DNA from: Malacoraja senta | Taxonomy: Eukaryota | Assembly (NCBI GenBank): GCA_038087875.1 | Contig: CM075994.1 | Span: 3,412,001-3,476,000, forward strand | DNA: 64,000 nucleotides | Reading direction: 5' to 3' | Shown here: positions 41,201 to 53,900 of the stretch, piece after piece | Layout: each line of letters opens with the position of its first letter | Position numbering within the stretch: position 1 is the stretch's first letter | Notes under the pieces: model-generated | The model's database searches: none | Told to the model about the DNA's origin: nothing | The model's input: only the letters and a program-made list of their open reading frames with translations | Program-made: the position numbers and the translations under genes

Positions 41201-42008
41201 TTATCCACTTTGGTAGCAAAAACGGGAAGGCAGACTATTATCTAAATGGTGGCCGATTAGGAAATGGGGAGATGCAGCGAGACCTGGGTGTCATGGTACA
41301 CCAGTCATTGAAAGTAGGCATGCAGGTGCAGCAGGCAGTGAAGAAAGCGAATGGTATGTTGGCCTTCATAGCAAGAGGATTTGAGTATAGGAGCAGTGAG
41401 GTTCTACTGCAGTTGTACAGGGTCTTGGTGAGACCACACCTGGAGTATTGCGTACAGTTTTGGTCTCCAAATCTGAGGAAGGACATTATAGCCATAGAGG
41501 GAGTGCAGAGAAGGTTCACCAGACTGATTCCTGGGATGTCAGGACTTTCATATGAAGAAAGACTGGATAGACTTGGCTTATACTCGCTAGAATTTAGGAG
41601 ATTGAGAGGGGATCTTATAGAAACGTACAAGATTCTTATGGGGTTGGACAGGCTAGATGCAGGAAGATTGTTCCCGATGTTGGGGAAGTCCAGGACAAGG
41701 GGTCACAGCTTAAGGATAAGGGGAAAATCCTTTAAGACCGAGATGAGGAAAAACTTTTTCACACAGAGAGTGGTGAATCTCTGGAACTCTCTGCCACAGA
41801 GGGTAGTTGAGGCCAGTTCATTGGCTATATTTAAGAGGGAATTAGATGTGGCCCTTGTGGCTAAAGGGATCAGGGGGTATGGAGAGAAGGCAGGTACGGG
41901 ATACTGAGTTGGATGATCAGCCATGATCGTATTGAATGGCGGTGCAGGCTCGAAGGGCCGAATGGCCTACTCCTGCACCTAATTTCTATGTATCTATGTA
42001 TCTATGTA
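38251..42008 (+). mobile_element. Young CR1 LINE with partial SGNH-esterase ORF1 and complete-length ORF2
   Basis: ORF1 LIGDSIVRG..CLPGARV..HIGTND..DGLHL (frameshift in A-run near 38480); ORF2 APE and RT; (TCTATGTA)n tail. Confidence 0.97.
38971..41907 (+). pseudogene. CR1 ORF2 (endonuclease/reverse transcriptase) with a single in-frame stop
   Basis: ORFs 38608-40926 and 40969-41907 share a frame; TAG at 40924-40926 where the minus-strand copy has AAG (NRKQRV). Start codon uncertain. Confidence 0.9.
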
Positions 42009-42133
42009 CGGTCGGTTATTACGAGTGTTACGATGGTTTGCTGTATTATAATTCGAATTATTAGTTTAATCAACTTACTGTCCTTCAAAAACAGTGAGAT
42101 GTTTTCTTCAGCAGGCATATTATTAAAGTATTA

Positions 42134-42375
42134 GGTACACAAAAAACGCTGGAGAAACTCAGCGGGTGCAGCAGCATCTATGGAGCGGAGGAAATAGGCA
42201 ACGTTTCGGGCCGAAACCCTTCATCAGACTGATAGGGGGTGGGGAGAAGAAAGGAAAAAAGGAAAAAAATGCGGAGGAGGAGCCCGAGGGCTGGGGGATG
42301 GGAGGAGACAACCAAAGGGCTGATGAAGGGGAGGGGACAGCAAGGGCTAGCAGAGTTGGGAGAATTCGATGTAAT
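42134..42375 (-). mobile_element. Penelope pLTR fragment
   Basis: Matches about 32880-33060. Confidence 0.85.
42195..42235 (-). ncRNA. Minimal hammerhead ribozyme motif in a Penelope pLTR
   Basis: Minus strand cagt-CTGATGA-agggtttcggccc-GAAA-cgt: canonical core, short stem II, palindromic ACGT. Confidence 0.65.
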
Positions 42376-42676
42376 CGAATAATTGTGCAAAATACTTCAG
42401 ACAACGGCATGTTTTCCGCCAACGGAGTCCTAACCAGCCTGTTACGCCTTACATTCGGAGCATATCAGCACACCTACGAAGAATTTTCAGAGTTGAACAG
42501 CTGAAAATAAATCAATTTGCTATCGTGTTATGTTTCAATCTTAATTTTATATTTAATGTTTTACTTTGTCATAAAAGTTGCAAGTGATATACTTTTCTAC
42601 TCGGACAAACAAATACTTAATTACCTCTTTAAACGATATCATTGAGCACATCGATAATGGGTAATATATTTCCTAG

Positions 42677-42712
42677 AACGTAAGAAAATAGAAGCGATTC
42701 GACTGAACGTTG
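42677..42712 (+). CDS. micro-exon 36 nt, ERKKIEAIRLNV
   Basis: atatttcctag|aacgtaagaaaatagaagcgattcgactgaacgttg|gtaag; similar to DREKLEAIQKDI. Confidence 0.85.
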
Positions 42713-43258
42713 GTAAGAGCATTGATCTCCAATGTATTGTATTGATTCAGTTATTTACCTGAAGGCATTTTCCATTGTTTCACCGATTGATCTGAGCTTC
42801 AGCCATATTTTCAGACTCTGGACAGGAATAATCCAATATGTATCTGGTACTGTTCCCCCGGTATCCTGCATGTAACTTGACGCAGGAGTATAAAAAATGG
42901 TTTTGAAATAGTTGGTTGGTTGCTGTTTATTGAGACATGGCGTCGTCACGCGAAATGTGCAAACATACAACAAGTGTATATTTCAAAACATTTCGTAATG
43001 CAGATACACATGGCTATGATGCACCACCTAAAGTGAAAGGAATGTTTCCCGCAGCAGAAACTGTGCAACGCGTAGGTGCAATGTGCTCATCTAACTATAG
43101 GTACAGAAATATGGACGTCGGGCAGGAAAATTGTTGGCTAAATCAATGTAGAAATTGAATAATTTGTGATGCACCCTGATAACATCCTACGACAAGAATC
43201 TTTAGAGATGCCATTCGAGTCCCCTTCTTTCAATTTGCTATTTTAAAGGGAAGAGTTG

Positions 43259-43803
43259 TGCCTCTGTCCCACTTAGGAAACATGAACGGAAACCTCTGGT
43301 GAACTTGCCCGCGACCCAAGGTTTCCATGTGGTCGCCGGAGGTTTTGGTCACTCTCCCTAATGGTCGAAAGTGGTTTCCGCGTGGTCGAAGCTTCTTCTA
43401 GGCTGCTTCGATTATTTCAACAAAACCAAAAACGGCCTCGACTAAAAATAGGTTGCCGTTAGGTCGAAGCCAGTGGAGTGGGATCGCTATTTACTTACAG
43501 GCAGTCGAAGTCCATCTCCTTCGCTCTCTAAAGGACTTACCGTGCTCTGTGGCAGCAGTTTACCTTCTTCTTCAACGCGCAGACAGCGCTCCTCCGCTGT
43601 CCCTGGCGCCCACCTTCGCGATGTGTTTGTGTGTGTGCCGGTAGCAAAGATCCTGTAGGATCTTTAGTCGGTAGATGCAGCTCACGCTTCGGTCGAGGCG
43701 TTCCAGGCGAGTGCCCAAAACCTCTGGCGAATCATGGAAACCTTGCGTCGCGGGCAAGGTCACCAGAGGTTTCCGTCCAGGTTTCCTAAGTGGGACAGGG
43801 GCA
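43259..43803. mobile_element. MITE with about 70-bp TIRs (PIF/Harbinger-like)
   Basis: TGCCTCTGTCCCACTTAGGAAAC.. versus ..GTTTCCTAAGTGGGACAGGGGCA; followed by TTA; superfamily inferred. Confidence 0.8.
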
Positions 43804-44087
43804 TTAGGAAAACCTCATTAAAGCCACCCGTATCATACAACAATGATCATATTCAACAGGTTAGGCGATTAACAGTTAAAGTTGTAGCCCTGCTGTCATA
43901 ATTTTTTAAGAACAAATTCCAAACTAGAACGTTAACTTTCTACCGCCTGACCTGCTTGGGATTTTCAGCGTTTTCCTTTTTATTTTAGACGGGCGTTCTA
44001 TTGTTATTTTCAGTGAAATCGCACGGTTTAATGAAACCTATGAGCAGTTAATGATCATGTATTTTTCAAGCTGTTTTGAAAATCTGA

Positions 44088-44795
44088 GATCACAATCACA
44101 ATCACAATAATACTTTATTAGTCAAGTATATTTTGCAACATACGTGGAATTTCATTTGCCAAGTCAGTCATATAAATAAAACGCAACGGAACACACAATA
44201 TACATTATAACATAAACATCCAGCACAGTGCTTCCTCCATATTCCTCACTGTGATGGAAGGCGAAAAGAAGTTCAAATCTCTTCCCTTAGCTCTCCCGCG
44301 GTCGGGGGCATCGAGACGATCTTGACTCCCATAGCCGGCGGAGTTTGGGCCCTCCGCGTCGGGGCGATCCAGCGCCTGCATCGGAGGGATATCAGCTCCC
44401 CGCGCCGGCGATCGGACCCCGGGTCGGGGCTGGTTGGAGCTCCCGACTAGCCTCACCCGAGAATGTGAGCACGCGATGGTAAATCCCCAGGCCGTGGTTG
44501 GAGTAACCCCAGGCAAGGGATCGGCCCCAGGTAAGTCCACGCCCCGCGGTAAGGCCCAAAGTCAGTCCAAGGAGGGCTCCAGCTCATCGATGGTATGCCG
44601 CAGAGCGACCGGGGAATGCGATCCGAAAATTAATCGCATCTCCGACAAGGTTTGGATTTGAAAACAAAGGTCTTCTCCGACCCCTCCCCCCCCTTCATAA
44701 AACAAACCGGAGAACATTTACACAGACATTTAACGCACACTATTTTTTTTTAAGTCGAAGAAACACACAGACTTTGGGCGGGGCTGCCAACCTGG
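44088..44795 (-). mobile_element. GC-rich non-coding retroposon with Rex1-like tail and (GTGATT)n
   Basis: Tail resembles the Rex1 3' ends in this window; no ORF similarity recognised. Confidence 0.55.
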
Positions 44796-45252
44796 TGGTC
44801 AATTTACTTTTCCGATGCGTTTGTTCTATATGCCTTACCGGAAATAACAATCCTTCCTGCGATCACTACATACTATGCTGATTTCACGCAGATATCTTTG
44901 ATGGCAGGTTCAACTGATTGTCGTGCGAATTGAAATCGTATCGTCACCTTTGATACACCCTTGTCTCTCGACCCAATTCAGGCAAAATTGCATTAATGCT
45001 ATAAAATCACACAACTCCTGTCATACTTTTAATCAGATGGCAACTACATAAAGGAGTGACTTTGTAAAGTCGGGTGCAGGTCATTCATGTACAAGATTGC
45101 TATGGATTCAATGCTTTGCATTACACTGAATAAGTGAGGTATCAGACGACGACTAAACTCCTTTGATTTACGCAATGCGCAATGATTACACCAAGATATA
45201 CATAATTGATATTGAAAAAATACCATGCAAACCTCTGCCTCTAATATTGTAG

Positions 45253-45279
45253 AGGAACTACTTCGTCGGCAAGAATCAG
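45253..45279 (+). CDS. micro-exon 27 nt, EELLRRQES
   Basis: ctctaatattgtag|aggaactacttcgtcggcaagaatcag|gtgag. Confidence 0.85.
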
Positions 45280-46659
45280 GTGAGATATCCCATTAAACAC
45301 ATTTGGAATAGGCAGAATACTAAGATTTAAAAATACCCGTGTTTTAAAATACTCGGTTGTTCCCATAGTGATCATGAGAATCCGGTAGAACAATGCACTG
45401 GTGATTTGGGCACTTTAAACATCAAATAATAATTTTATTGGAGATTACAATTATTGTCAGTAAATGTATTTGAGACAAAGATAATATGCTATGCCAAATT
45501 TTAAGATGTAATGTATACACATGAAATCCGCATAATAAAGTTTAGCAAATTCCATATTGGATTAAATACTCTGAAATCAGGAGAGTCATGAATATTACAA
45601 TATTACGAGATGGGTTCCAAAATATATTAATTAATCTTCCCAAATTTCCTTTCACCTGATTCATTTTGAGGTATAATTGTAAACGCAAACGCGTAAATAC
45701 ACTAGCATTGATAGTTTCGAATCCATTGAGAATCTATTCATGGTGAACACCCAGTGACATAATTCATAATACATTTAATGCATTCAGTGAAGCTATGATC
45801 GCCAATGAAAATAAAATATTTTAAAGCAAATGAAGGGCACCATGTCTCTAATTGTTGCCACACTTAAAATGGAAGTCTGCTGACTTAAATAAATAAATGG
45901 ATATTGATATTAAGCGGAATAGAAAAGCAAAAGTTCTAGCCGTTCTTTCCAGTTCCTGGCTACAGTTGTAGGTTAGAAATTGGGCACTTGCTTCGTGATG
46001 AGAAATATATATATACCACAAAATATTCCAACACAATTTACATCCACTTTGAACTGTTTCTTTTTTGTTACTCAGGCACAGAAGGAGGTAATTATGCATT
46101 AAAATTCATCATAATGTGCCTGGGCGTAATACGAATTCCTTTAATAACATATTCTTTAGTTATTTGTATTTGTGATCCAGTTAATATCAATACTTTGAAA
46201 GAATAGGTGATAATTAATTTACTGCCTTCAGGATGTTTCCCACGCCTTCATTATACAGCTGTATGCTAAAACATAGCTTTTTATGCAGTTGCGGTCTTGT
46301 GGGAAATCAGCATGTATGCCGTTTTCTCATCAATTTATTATGCAGTTTTCTCGTCAATTTATAAAATGTGCCACTCTTGACATTTCCAATGTATGTCGAA
46401 ATGAAGTATACAAATAATAGTGAAAGTATTCCTTTTGGGTACATGCAGGATTTCTGCATTACTCTTTCAAATGCCAGGTATCGGCAATAATAGCGAAAGT
46501 GATATTAGGTAATTTGTACCTTTGAGAACTAATTCCAAACAGCTGAATATATTCCCTCGGATCAACACTCTCGGGTCAACCTGGTGTGATTGTTTCTTCT
46601 TTTGAATCAAGCAATCCTTCATTCAATTTATTTAAATGTAATACTTACTTGCACTTCAG

Positions 46660-46695
46660 AACTGTCGAAATTACGAAAACAGCTGAGTGAAGCAG
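46660..46695 (+). CDS. micro-exon 36 nt, ELSKLRKQLSEA
   Basis: cttgcacttcag|aactgtcgaaattacgaaaacagctgagtgaagcag|gtaaa; similar to EIEKLRKSLQDA. Confidence 0.87.
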
Positions 46696-47669
46696 GTAAA
46701 AGATGTTAATCCAACAAAGATAAACTATAAACTATTCCAAGAAAGATAATTCCTATTTGGCAAGTGCCAAAAGAGATAACTCCCATAAAGTTTTGCAATG
46801 CAATTGTAAGGTGCACTTTCTCCTCTCATGCGGAATGATGATAATGAAAGTTCAAGTTCAAGTTCAAGTGAGTTTATTGTCATGTGTCCCTGATAGGACA
46901 ATGAAATTCTTGCTTTGCTTCAGCACAACAGAACATAGTAGGCATTGACTACAAAACAGATCAGTGTCCATATACCATTATATAAATATATATACACATG
47001 AATAAACAAGGTGAAAACATATGTAAGCCTAATATATCGAAAATTTTACCAAATGGTTAAATAATTATTTTTTATATAGTAAGTGTGAAAATGTTAATAA
47101 TATAATTTAAAGGGGCAAATACTTAGCGCTATTAAAATATGGACCATCGCGAAACGCCAGCGTGTATTGCGTGTCTATTTTGTCTTGGGAAAGTGGTGCT
47201 GATCCACGCGTTCTAACTTCTGAACACTACGTCATAACAATATTGCGACCACAGTTTACTGAAGAGACCTCGAAACGTTCATCCAACGATGAAATTATAG
47301 CACCAGGTTTACACAAGAGGGTGATTCATGACTTAGGGTCCAATTATTCTGTATTTTTTGTGCTCTTGCGTGAGCGTCGAGGAGGTGATGAGATTATGTT
47401 TCCCCGTCTTTTTCTTTATACTTCATCTAAACTACATTTTAAAGTAGCAGTATCAATGCACTGCTAGCAAAACTTGCTGCTTTCCACTAAATGGGTATCT
47501 TCACTCTTCGACACTACTCGCATGCCGATAACTCGTCGAGTTTATCATATGCTGTACATTGGCATGGAAATAAAATGTGGATGAATACCGTCCTTTCAAC
47601 GGACAATATATCTCTGAGGATTCATATTTGATGGAAATCAGATATGTGCGAAGCACTTGATTCAAATAT

Positions 47670-48110
47670 CAAGTTTAATGATGAGCGTTTGAAGTCACTT
47701 GGCCTGCGGTACTCGCTGGAGATTAGAAGAACGAGGGAGGACGTCATTGAAACCTACCGAACAGTGAAAGGTCTGGGTAGTTAAAGTTAACAGGTCGTTT
47801 TCACTAGTGGGAGAGTCTAGGACCCCAATAACAAGAGTCTAGGACGTACCTTTAGGAAGAAGATGAGGAGAAATTTAGTCAGTCAGATGGTGGTGAATCT
47901 GTGGAATTAATTGCCACAAACAGCTGTGGAGGCCGTCAATAGATATTTTCAAGATGGAGGTTGACAGATTCTTAATTAGTAATGTTGTCAGGGGGGCACG
48001 GGGAGAAGGCAGGAGAATGGGGTTGAGGGGGAAAGATTGAGCAGCGATGATTGATTGACGGATTAGACTTGATGGGCTGAATTCTGCTCCTAGAACGTTT
48101 GAACTTATGA
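47670..48110 (+). mobile_element. Old CR1 3' fragment
   Basis: Decayed CR1 C-terminus and 3' UTR. Confidence 0.75.
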
Positions 48111-48833
48111 ACATGCGTACGATGCTTCGAGTTCTTGAAAAGATGAATGTAAAGTGGACATTTTCTCTTGCATAGAAAATACCGCTACGTATCACATCTA
48201 ACATCTGGGGACATCCGTTTGAGACGGAGTTGGGATGCCTTTGAGTTCCTCAGAGAGCCGTGCGTCTTTATAGCTCGAACAGCAGACGGGCCAGAGACTC
48301 TGAACTTCTTTAAGGCAAAGATCAATCGAATCTTGACAACCGGGTCGGTGAAGGTATCAAGAGTGGAGGTTCACGTGATAATCAGACCAGATATGTATTT
48401 ATTAAATGATGGAGCAATTTGCAGTGTCGAAACTAATCTGGTTCCTAATCTGTATGTTTGACATTCGCTGCTGAACATCCGGTCTATTACTGATTGTGTT
48501 ATTGTCCAATCTACCCGTAAGCAAATATTTCCCATTGCTTGCGTTCGCAGTTTACATTGCCACTGAATGCTGCAATGAATTGCAGGCAATGGACTTTATG
48601 TAACATGTGTGTGCTGCAACTATTAACTGATTGATGATTGCTGGAGGACGAGTACGCTATTATTGGCGCGCATTGAACCCGCTATTAAAAAGTCTATCGT
48701 ATCTATTCTTCAGGTTTCAAAACTGCATATTTAATTTCGGATGTTGTGCACTGTCTGCGGGAATCAGTGCCGCACTGCAATGATTTAAGAAGTGTATTTT
48801 GTAAAATTAAGTACCTCCAACTTCACTTTGCAG

Positions 48834-48860
48834 AAGAGGAAGGGACCAAAAAAGATGAAG
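48834..48860 (+). CDS. micro-exon 27 nt, EEEGTKKDE
   Basis: cttcactttgcag|aagaggaagggaccaaaaaagatgaag|gtaaa. Confidence 0.85.
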
Positions 48861-48874
48861 GTAAAGCATTTTGG

Positions 48875-49961
48875 AGGACGCTTCCGTTGTTTGGTGAGAT
48901 TGGGAATGGGCAAATATTAGCAATGTTAATATTTTGAGATTTTAATAATAAAGTCCGCAATTTATCCCACCAATTTAGCATAAAAAGAAGTTTAATTTGA
49001 CACCTAATTCACTTTCATATCTTCAGTATGAAAAAAGTTATGGCCATTTTCATACTCGGAAATTAGCATCTTGTTCCCTATTGCTTTTCCATTGACTTAA
49101 CACAAAAGCTGTGATCGAGGACAGTCAAAAGCCCATAACTTTCTTAAAAATTAAGAGAACTGAAAGAAATGTTCAGTTATTATAGATTGAAGCATTCTGA
49201 AACAAATATGAAACAATCTTACTTAGAAGACATGAAATTAAAGCATATAATTAGTTAGTTACCTAATTGTAGCTAATTACAAAATTCAATTACTAGATCT
49301 AAACATCTATCAATTTCTTAAGAATAGATTAACATTTTTAAATAGCCTGTGTCCAAATAACATTCACACAAGAATTCACAATATAACATAATTTTTAAAT
49401 CTCATTGTCATGGATTTACAGGCCAAATGGAAGGAATTGAATGTTCAATACCTGTAAATTAATGGGCATTTATATCATCTTGCGAGTGAGTTTTTCTGGA
49501 ACGCGATCTTTTGGAACGTTCATTTACGGTGAATTTAACCCCGTATCGGCATGAAAAATTCTGCCGTTAATTCGGGGAATAAAATCACCGTTTCGCATGA
49601 AAAAATGTGAATTAAAGGCTTCTTAAGAAGCACTTTTATACATTAAAATAAACCACTTTCGTTTACCTGTCCCGTACGTGAAATCCGTCCCCGTTGTCGG
49701 CGTTGACGGCTTCAGCAGATGATTTTAAAATGACTCCAGCGCTGACATTGTCGATTTAATAAAAATAAAAAATACACAAAACGCCCCTAGGAACGATTTT
49801 TCAGCAAACGCTTGTACTCCAACGAAATATAATACAGGACAAGGTAGGAGAAACCCGCGTTTTAACCCCGCCACCCCCCCCCCCCTTATAGGCGCCAAAA
49901 TCGCGCACACGGCCAGTGGCAGAATTACAGCGCCGCTCAGGGTAAGTATTGTAACATACCT
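48875..49961. repeat. Probable non-autonomous DNA element, class unresolved
   Basis: Compositionally distinct block with AGG..CCT ends; no clear TSD. Confidence 0.3.
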
Positions 49962-50504
49962 ACAAATATCACAAAATATCACAAAATATCACAATATCAC
50001 AAAATATCTACAAATGTTTGGACTTAAATGGCCTAGATTCTATATTTCAAATGGTCAAACGGCTCATTTCCTATCAGGAAAATGTTCTTAACATTTCCAG
50101 TCAGAAACTAGATTTCTGTGTGCGGTAGTCATCTACCCTTCCCTTATTCTGTCTTTCGTTGACTTCGAAATCAATACGAATACACAAATATCCAAACAGA
50201 AGATATTTAACTGTTGGGAACACCTACCTGTATAATTCATTTCACCCCCATTCAACGAGAGCGCCTTTCCTTTGTAACGTTGATTTAATAGTTGCCTCTC
50301 GTGTGTAATGTCATTTGTTCCGATTATTTTTATAACGAATATTCCTAAGACAATAGGGGCAGTAAATAGCTCTGCACAAAATCCAGCACTAAAGCACAAT
50401 ATACAATACCAGTCAAATGTGCTCTAAAATAAGCCAACATTTCAGAGATGCCTGTGAACAAGCAGAAGACTGGGCTCTCACGTGATTTATTTCCATTTTT
50501 GTAG

Positions 50505-50540
50505 AGTCCAAAAGAATGAAAAAAGCACTTCAAGATCTAG
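50505..50540 (+). CDS. micro-exon 36 nt, ESKRMKKALQDL
   Basis: ttccatttttgtag|agtccaaaagaatgaaaaaagcacttcaagatctag|gtaaa. Confidence 0.85.
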
Positions 50541-50941
50541 GTAAAGAAATTAATGAAACAAAATGTTCTATGAATGTATTTTATTTATCACGTATTTTAG
50601 TTCGTATTTAGTTGTCAGCAGCACGCTGATAATGGTCCTGTTCACAGGTAAAAGACGTGGTAAAAAACACGTTTTAGACGTTCTTGTAGATGAACAATTG
50701 TTGATGTGCTTTATAAAAACATAAATCCAGGATGCGGGAATATGAAAGCTCGTGACTACTTAAATTCGGGATATGGGATAATGTATTGGATGTCAAGGAG
50801 AAGAGGGAATACTAAAAGAATGGCGTTGAAAAGTGGAGAACAACACAGCCAACACACAATACGCATCCACTGGACTATATTAATAAACTAGACTAAGTGG
50901 GACCCGTTGGGTCCCATGTTCTCACGGTAGGGCAGGTACCC

Positions 50942-53900
50942 TGTAAGCTCAAACCCACACATGTTGAAACACAAGCATATTTTCCTATTCAGGTCATTAA
51001 CTACTAAGCAGTTCATCACACGTTCACACTGCTACTCGTACTGGTAGACAGTGGGTAGGATCTTACACTATGAATGTTATAATTAGGCTGGGTTAAAATT
51101 ACGAAGCATTCTAATTGGCTAACATGCTATAGCCAATCTACATCTCTTCTTCTATAAATGAAATAAAAATAAAAATAAATAAAGCGTTACCACTATATTG
51201 AGTAAATAAATTGTTAAATGCAAATTGCCACATCTAATAATAATGGGGTTAAACATACTCGACATATCTAACAGGTGGCTTGCTAACCCGCCCGGTCCTC
51301 GTACGGTAAAGAACTGCCTCATCAACCTTTTCCTCCGAAAAGTTGAGGGCGCGTTTCGGTGAACCCAAGGGGCTTTGGGGAGATACCACCGGGGAAGACC
51401 GTCGCGGGGTCACCGGTGAACCGGTTACAAAAGGGGAGGTGGCACAGACCGACGCGGGGAGTGTGCGGGGGTAGCAGCTGTAGGTACTGGAACGGCTGGA
51501 ACAGCGATCACTTTAAAGTTGAGTGGAGGTGCGTCAGAGCCCTGGAGCGCCGGGCGCCGTTCCTTCACTGGAAGGAGGTGTTGACGGTTGCGTCTATAGA
51601 TGGTACCACCGACATCGACCAGGTAGGAATGTGGTTCCTTTGCGGGACCATGGATGAACCCTAGTTTGGCATGTCTTTTGTCTGTCTGTAGTCGTACCAC
51701 TTGGCCTTGGATGAGTGGCCTATGTGGTTTGCTGGTTTTATCTAAGCACGTTTCTGCACGTCTCGAATGGACTGCACGCGCTTTTGAACTACGGCAGGAC
51801 TGAAAACTTTGGGCGTTAAGTGATCCTGTGTCACGGGCAGTGGAGGTCACGTTCGGCGGGACATCAGGCGTTGGGCTGGAGAGCCTAAAACATTGTCATT
51901 CGCAATATTTCTCAAGTTGAAAAGGTCCAGGTAGACATCAGATTTCGCTAGATAATAGCGCTCCATGAGTTGTTTGGCGCTCCGAACAGCGCGTTCGTCA
52001 AGTCCATTGGACTGTGGGTATTCTGGGCTGCTGGTGACATGTTCTAAGTTCCACCAATTCAGCAGACAGAAGTCTTTAAACTTTTGGCTGGTGAATTGTG
52101 TCCCGTTGTCAGTCTGGAGGCGGGCTGGAATGCCATGAACAGAAAACTGTTGTCGGAGCTTCTGGTCGACTATTTCTGAGGAGATGGTCGACAGAAAATC
52201 TATTATAAACCAATTCGAGTACGAGTCCACTAACACGATATAGTTAGTGCTGCTTCCCGTGCCAGTGGTAGAGAGGGAGCAGGTTTGGACAGCAGAGGTT
52301 GTTTTTGCTGGTGTGGTGCCTGTCTTTTATAGATCGCGCATGATTCTGTTTTTCCCGAATGTACTTGGTCATTCCAGGCCAATAGATCTTTTCTTTTGCA
52401 CGCTGTACGGTGGCTTCCATGCCTGGCTGGCCACCGTGGACCTCCTCGTAGTACTCATTTCGCCAAGAAAGGGGGATGACCGTCTTGTGACCCTTTGATG
52501 ATAGAAGTTAGCAGCTGGGAGGTTTTGTCAGCAGCGGTGTGTTCGGCGAGGCGGCGCAAACGGTCAGTTGGAACAAACGAGACCTTCAGAACGGAGAATT
52601 CGTCTTGTTCAAGTGGGTGTTGTTCGCTGGTGGCGCGTGGTGCTCGAGATAGAGTGTCTGCGACGTGCATGTCTTTAACTTTTTGTAGGCAATGCGAAAG
52701 TCAAACCGTTGTAGCTGCATCATCATGCGTTGAAGTCTTGCTTGGGCAGCATGGATCGGTTTGCTCAGGATGGTGACTAACGGCTGGTGATCATTCTCTA
52801 CCGTAAAAGTTTTGCCGAAAATGAAGTCTTTCAATTTATAGCAGGCAAAAACCACGGCAAGCAATTCCTTCTCTATCTGTGCATAGCGCTGCTCAGTATC
52901 CTTAGGGTGCGCGAAGCGTAGGATACCGGCATAACATCGCCGTTGAAAGAGGTCTGCAGGCATGCTGCGCCTAGTCCATACTGGGATGCATCGCGGGTAA
53001 TTGGGTGCACCCACCCTGTCTTACTTCAATGTCAACCTGCCAGAGGCAGGTTGATTTTGAAGAAAGACAGGGTGGGTGCACTGGCGAGCTCGAGTTTTAA
53101 AGTCTCGAAGGCTCGCTGGTGGTTGGGATACCTGGACCAGGTGTTGTCCTTGTGGGTAGTTGACGCAGAGGGGCTGACAGTTCGCTGTAGGGTGGCTTCC
53201 ATGCCTGGCTGGCCACCGTGGACCTCCCTAGGCAATTGACCATGCCTAGAAACCGTTGTAGGCTGGTGACGTCAGATGGTACTGCAGTTTTTTGCTCGTT
53301 GATTGCTGCAGTTTTCAGCGGATCGGGATTTAGTCCATTGCTGGTGAACACGTGACCTCCGTAGGTGACTTCGGGAACTCTGAACTTGCACTTCAGAGGG
53401 TTCAGTTTTAAATTAATGTATCTGGCACGGTCCAGCACCTCATGTAGGTTGGCATCATGCTCGGTCGCATCGCGGCCATAAACTAAGATGTCGTCAACAA
53501 TGATGGCACAAGGAAATTCTGCGAACAGTTGTTCCATTGCACGCTGGAAGACTTCGCCAGCAGAGTTGATTCCGAAGGGCATTCTTAGGAATCGGTAACG
53601 GCCGAACGGGGTGGCGAAGTTTGTTAACGCCGATGAGGCACGGTCTAACGGGATTTGCCTAAAAGAGCTTTTGGCATCCAGAACTGAGAAAGCGTTGCGT
53701 TACCGATTTGTGCCGCGACGTCTTCGGTGGTCCTCATTGGGTAGTTTTGGCGTTTAATTGCTGTGTTCAAATCTTTAGGATTGATGCAGATGCGTAACTC
53801 CTTTTTATCTTTCTTAGTGGTGACAACCATGGTGGAGATCCAGTCAGAGGGTTCGCTGACTTCGGCAATGACTCCGATAGAGACCATACGTTTTAGTTCA

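Noticed and set aside
19062..42712. Tropomyosin, collagen or casein/SCPP identity for the micro-exon gene
   Set aside because: The 39-aa period resembles tropomyosin, but its exons are much larger and no sequence match is recognisable; there is no Gly-X-Y; SCPP exons are phase 0
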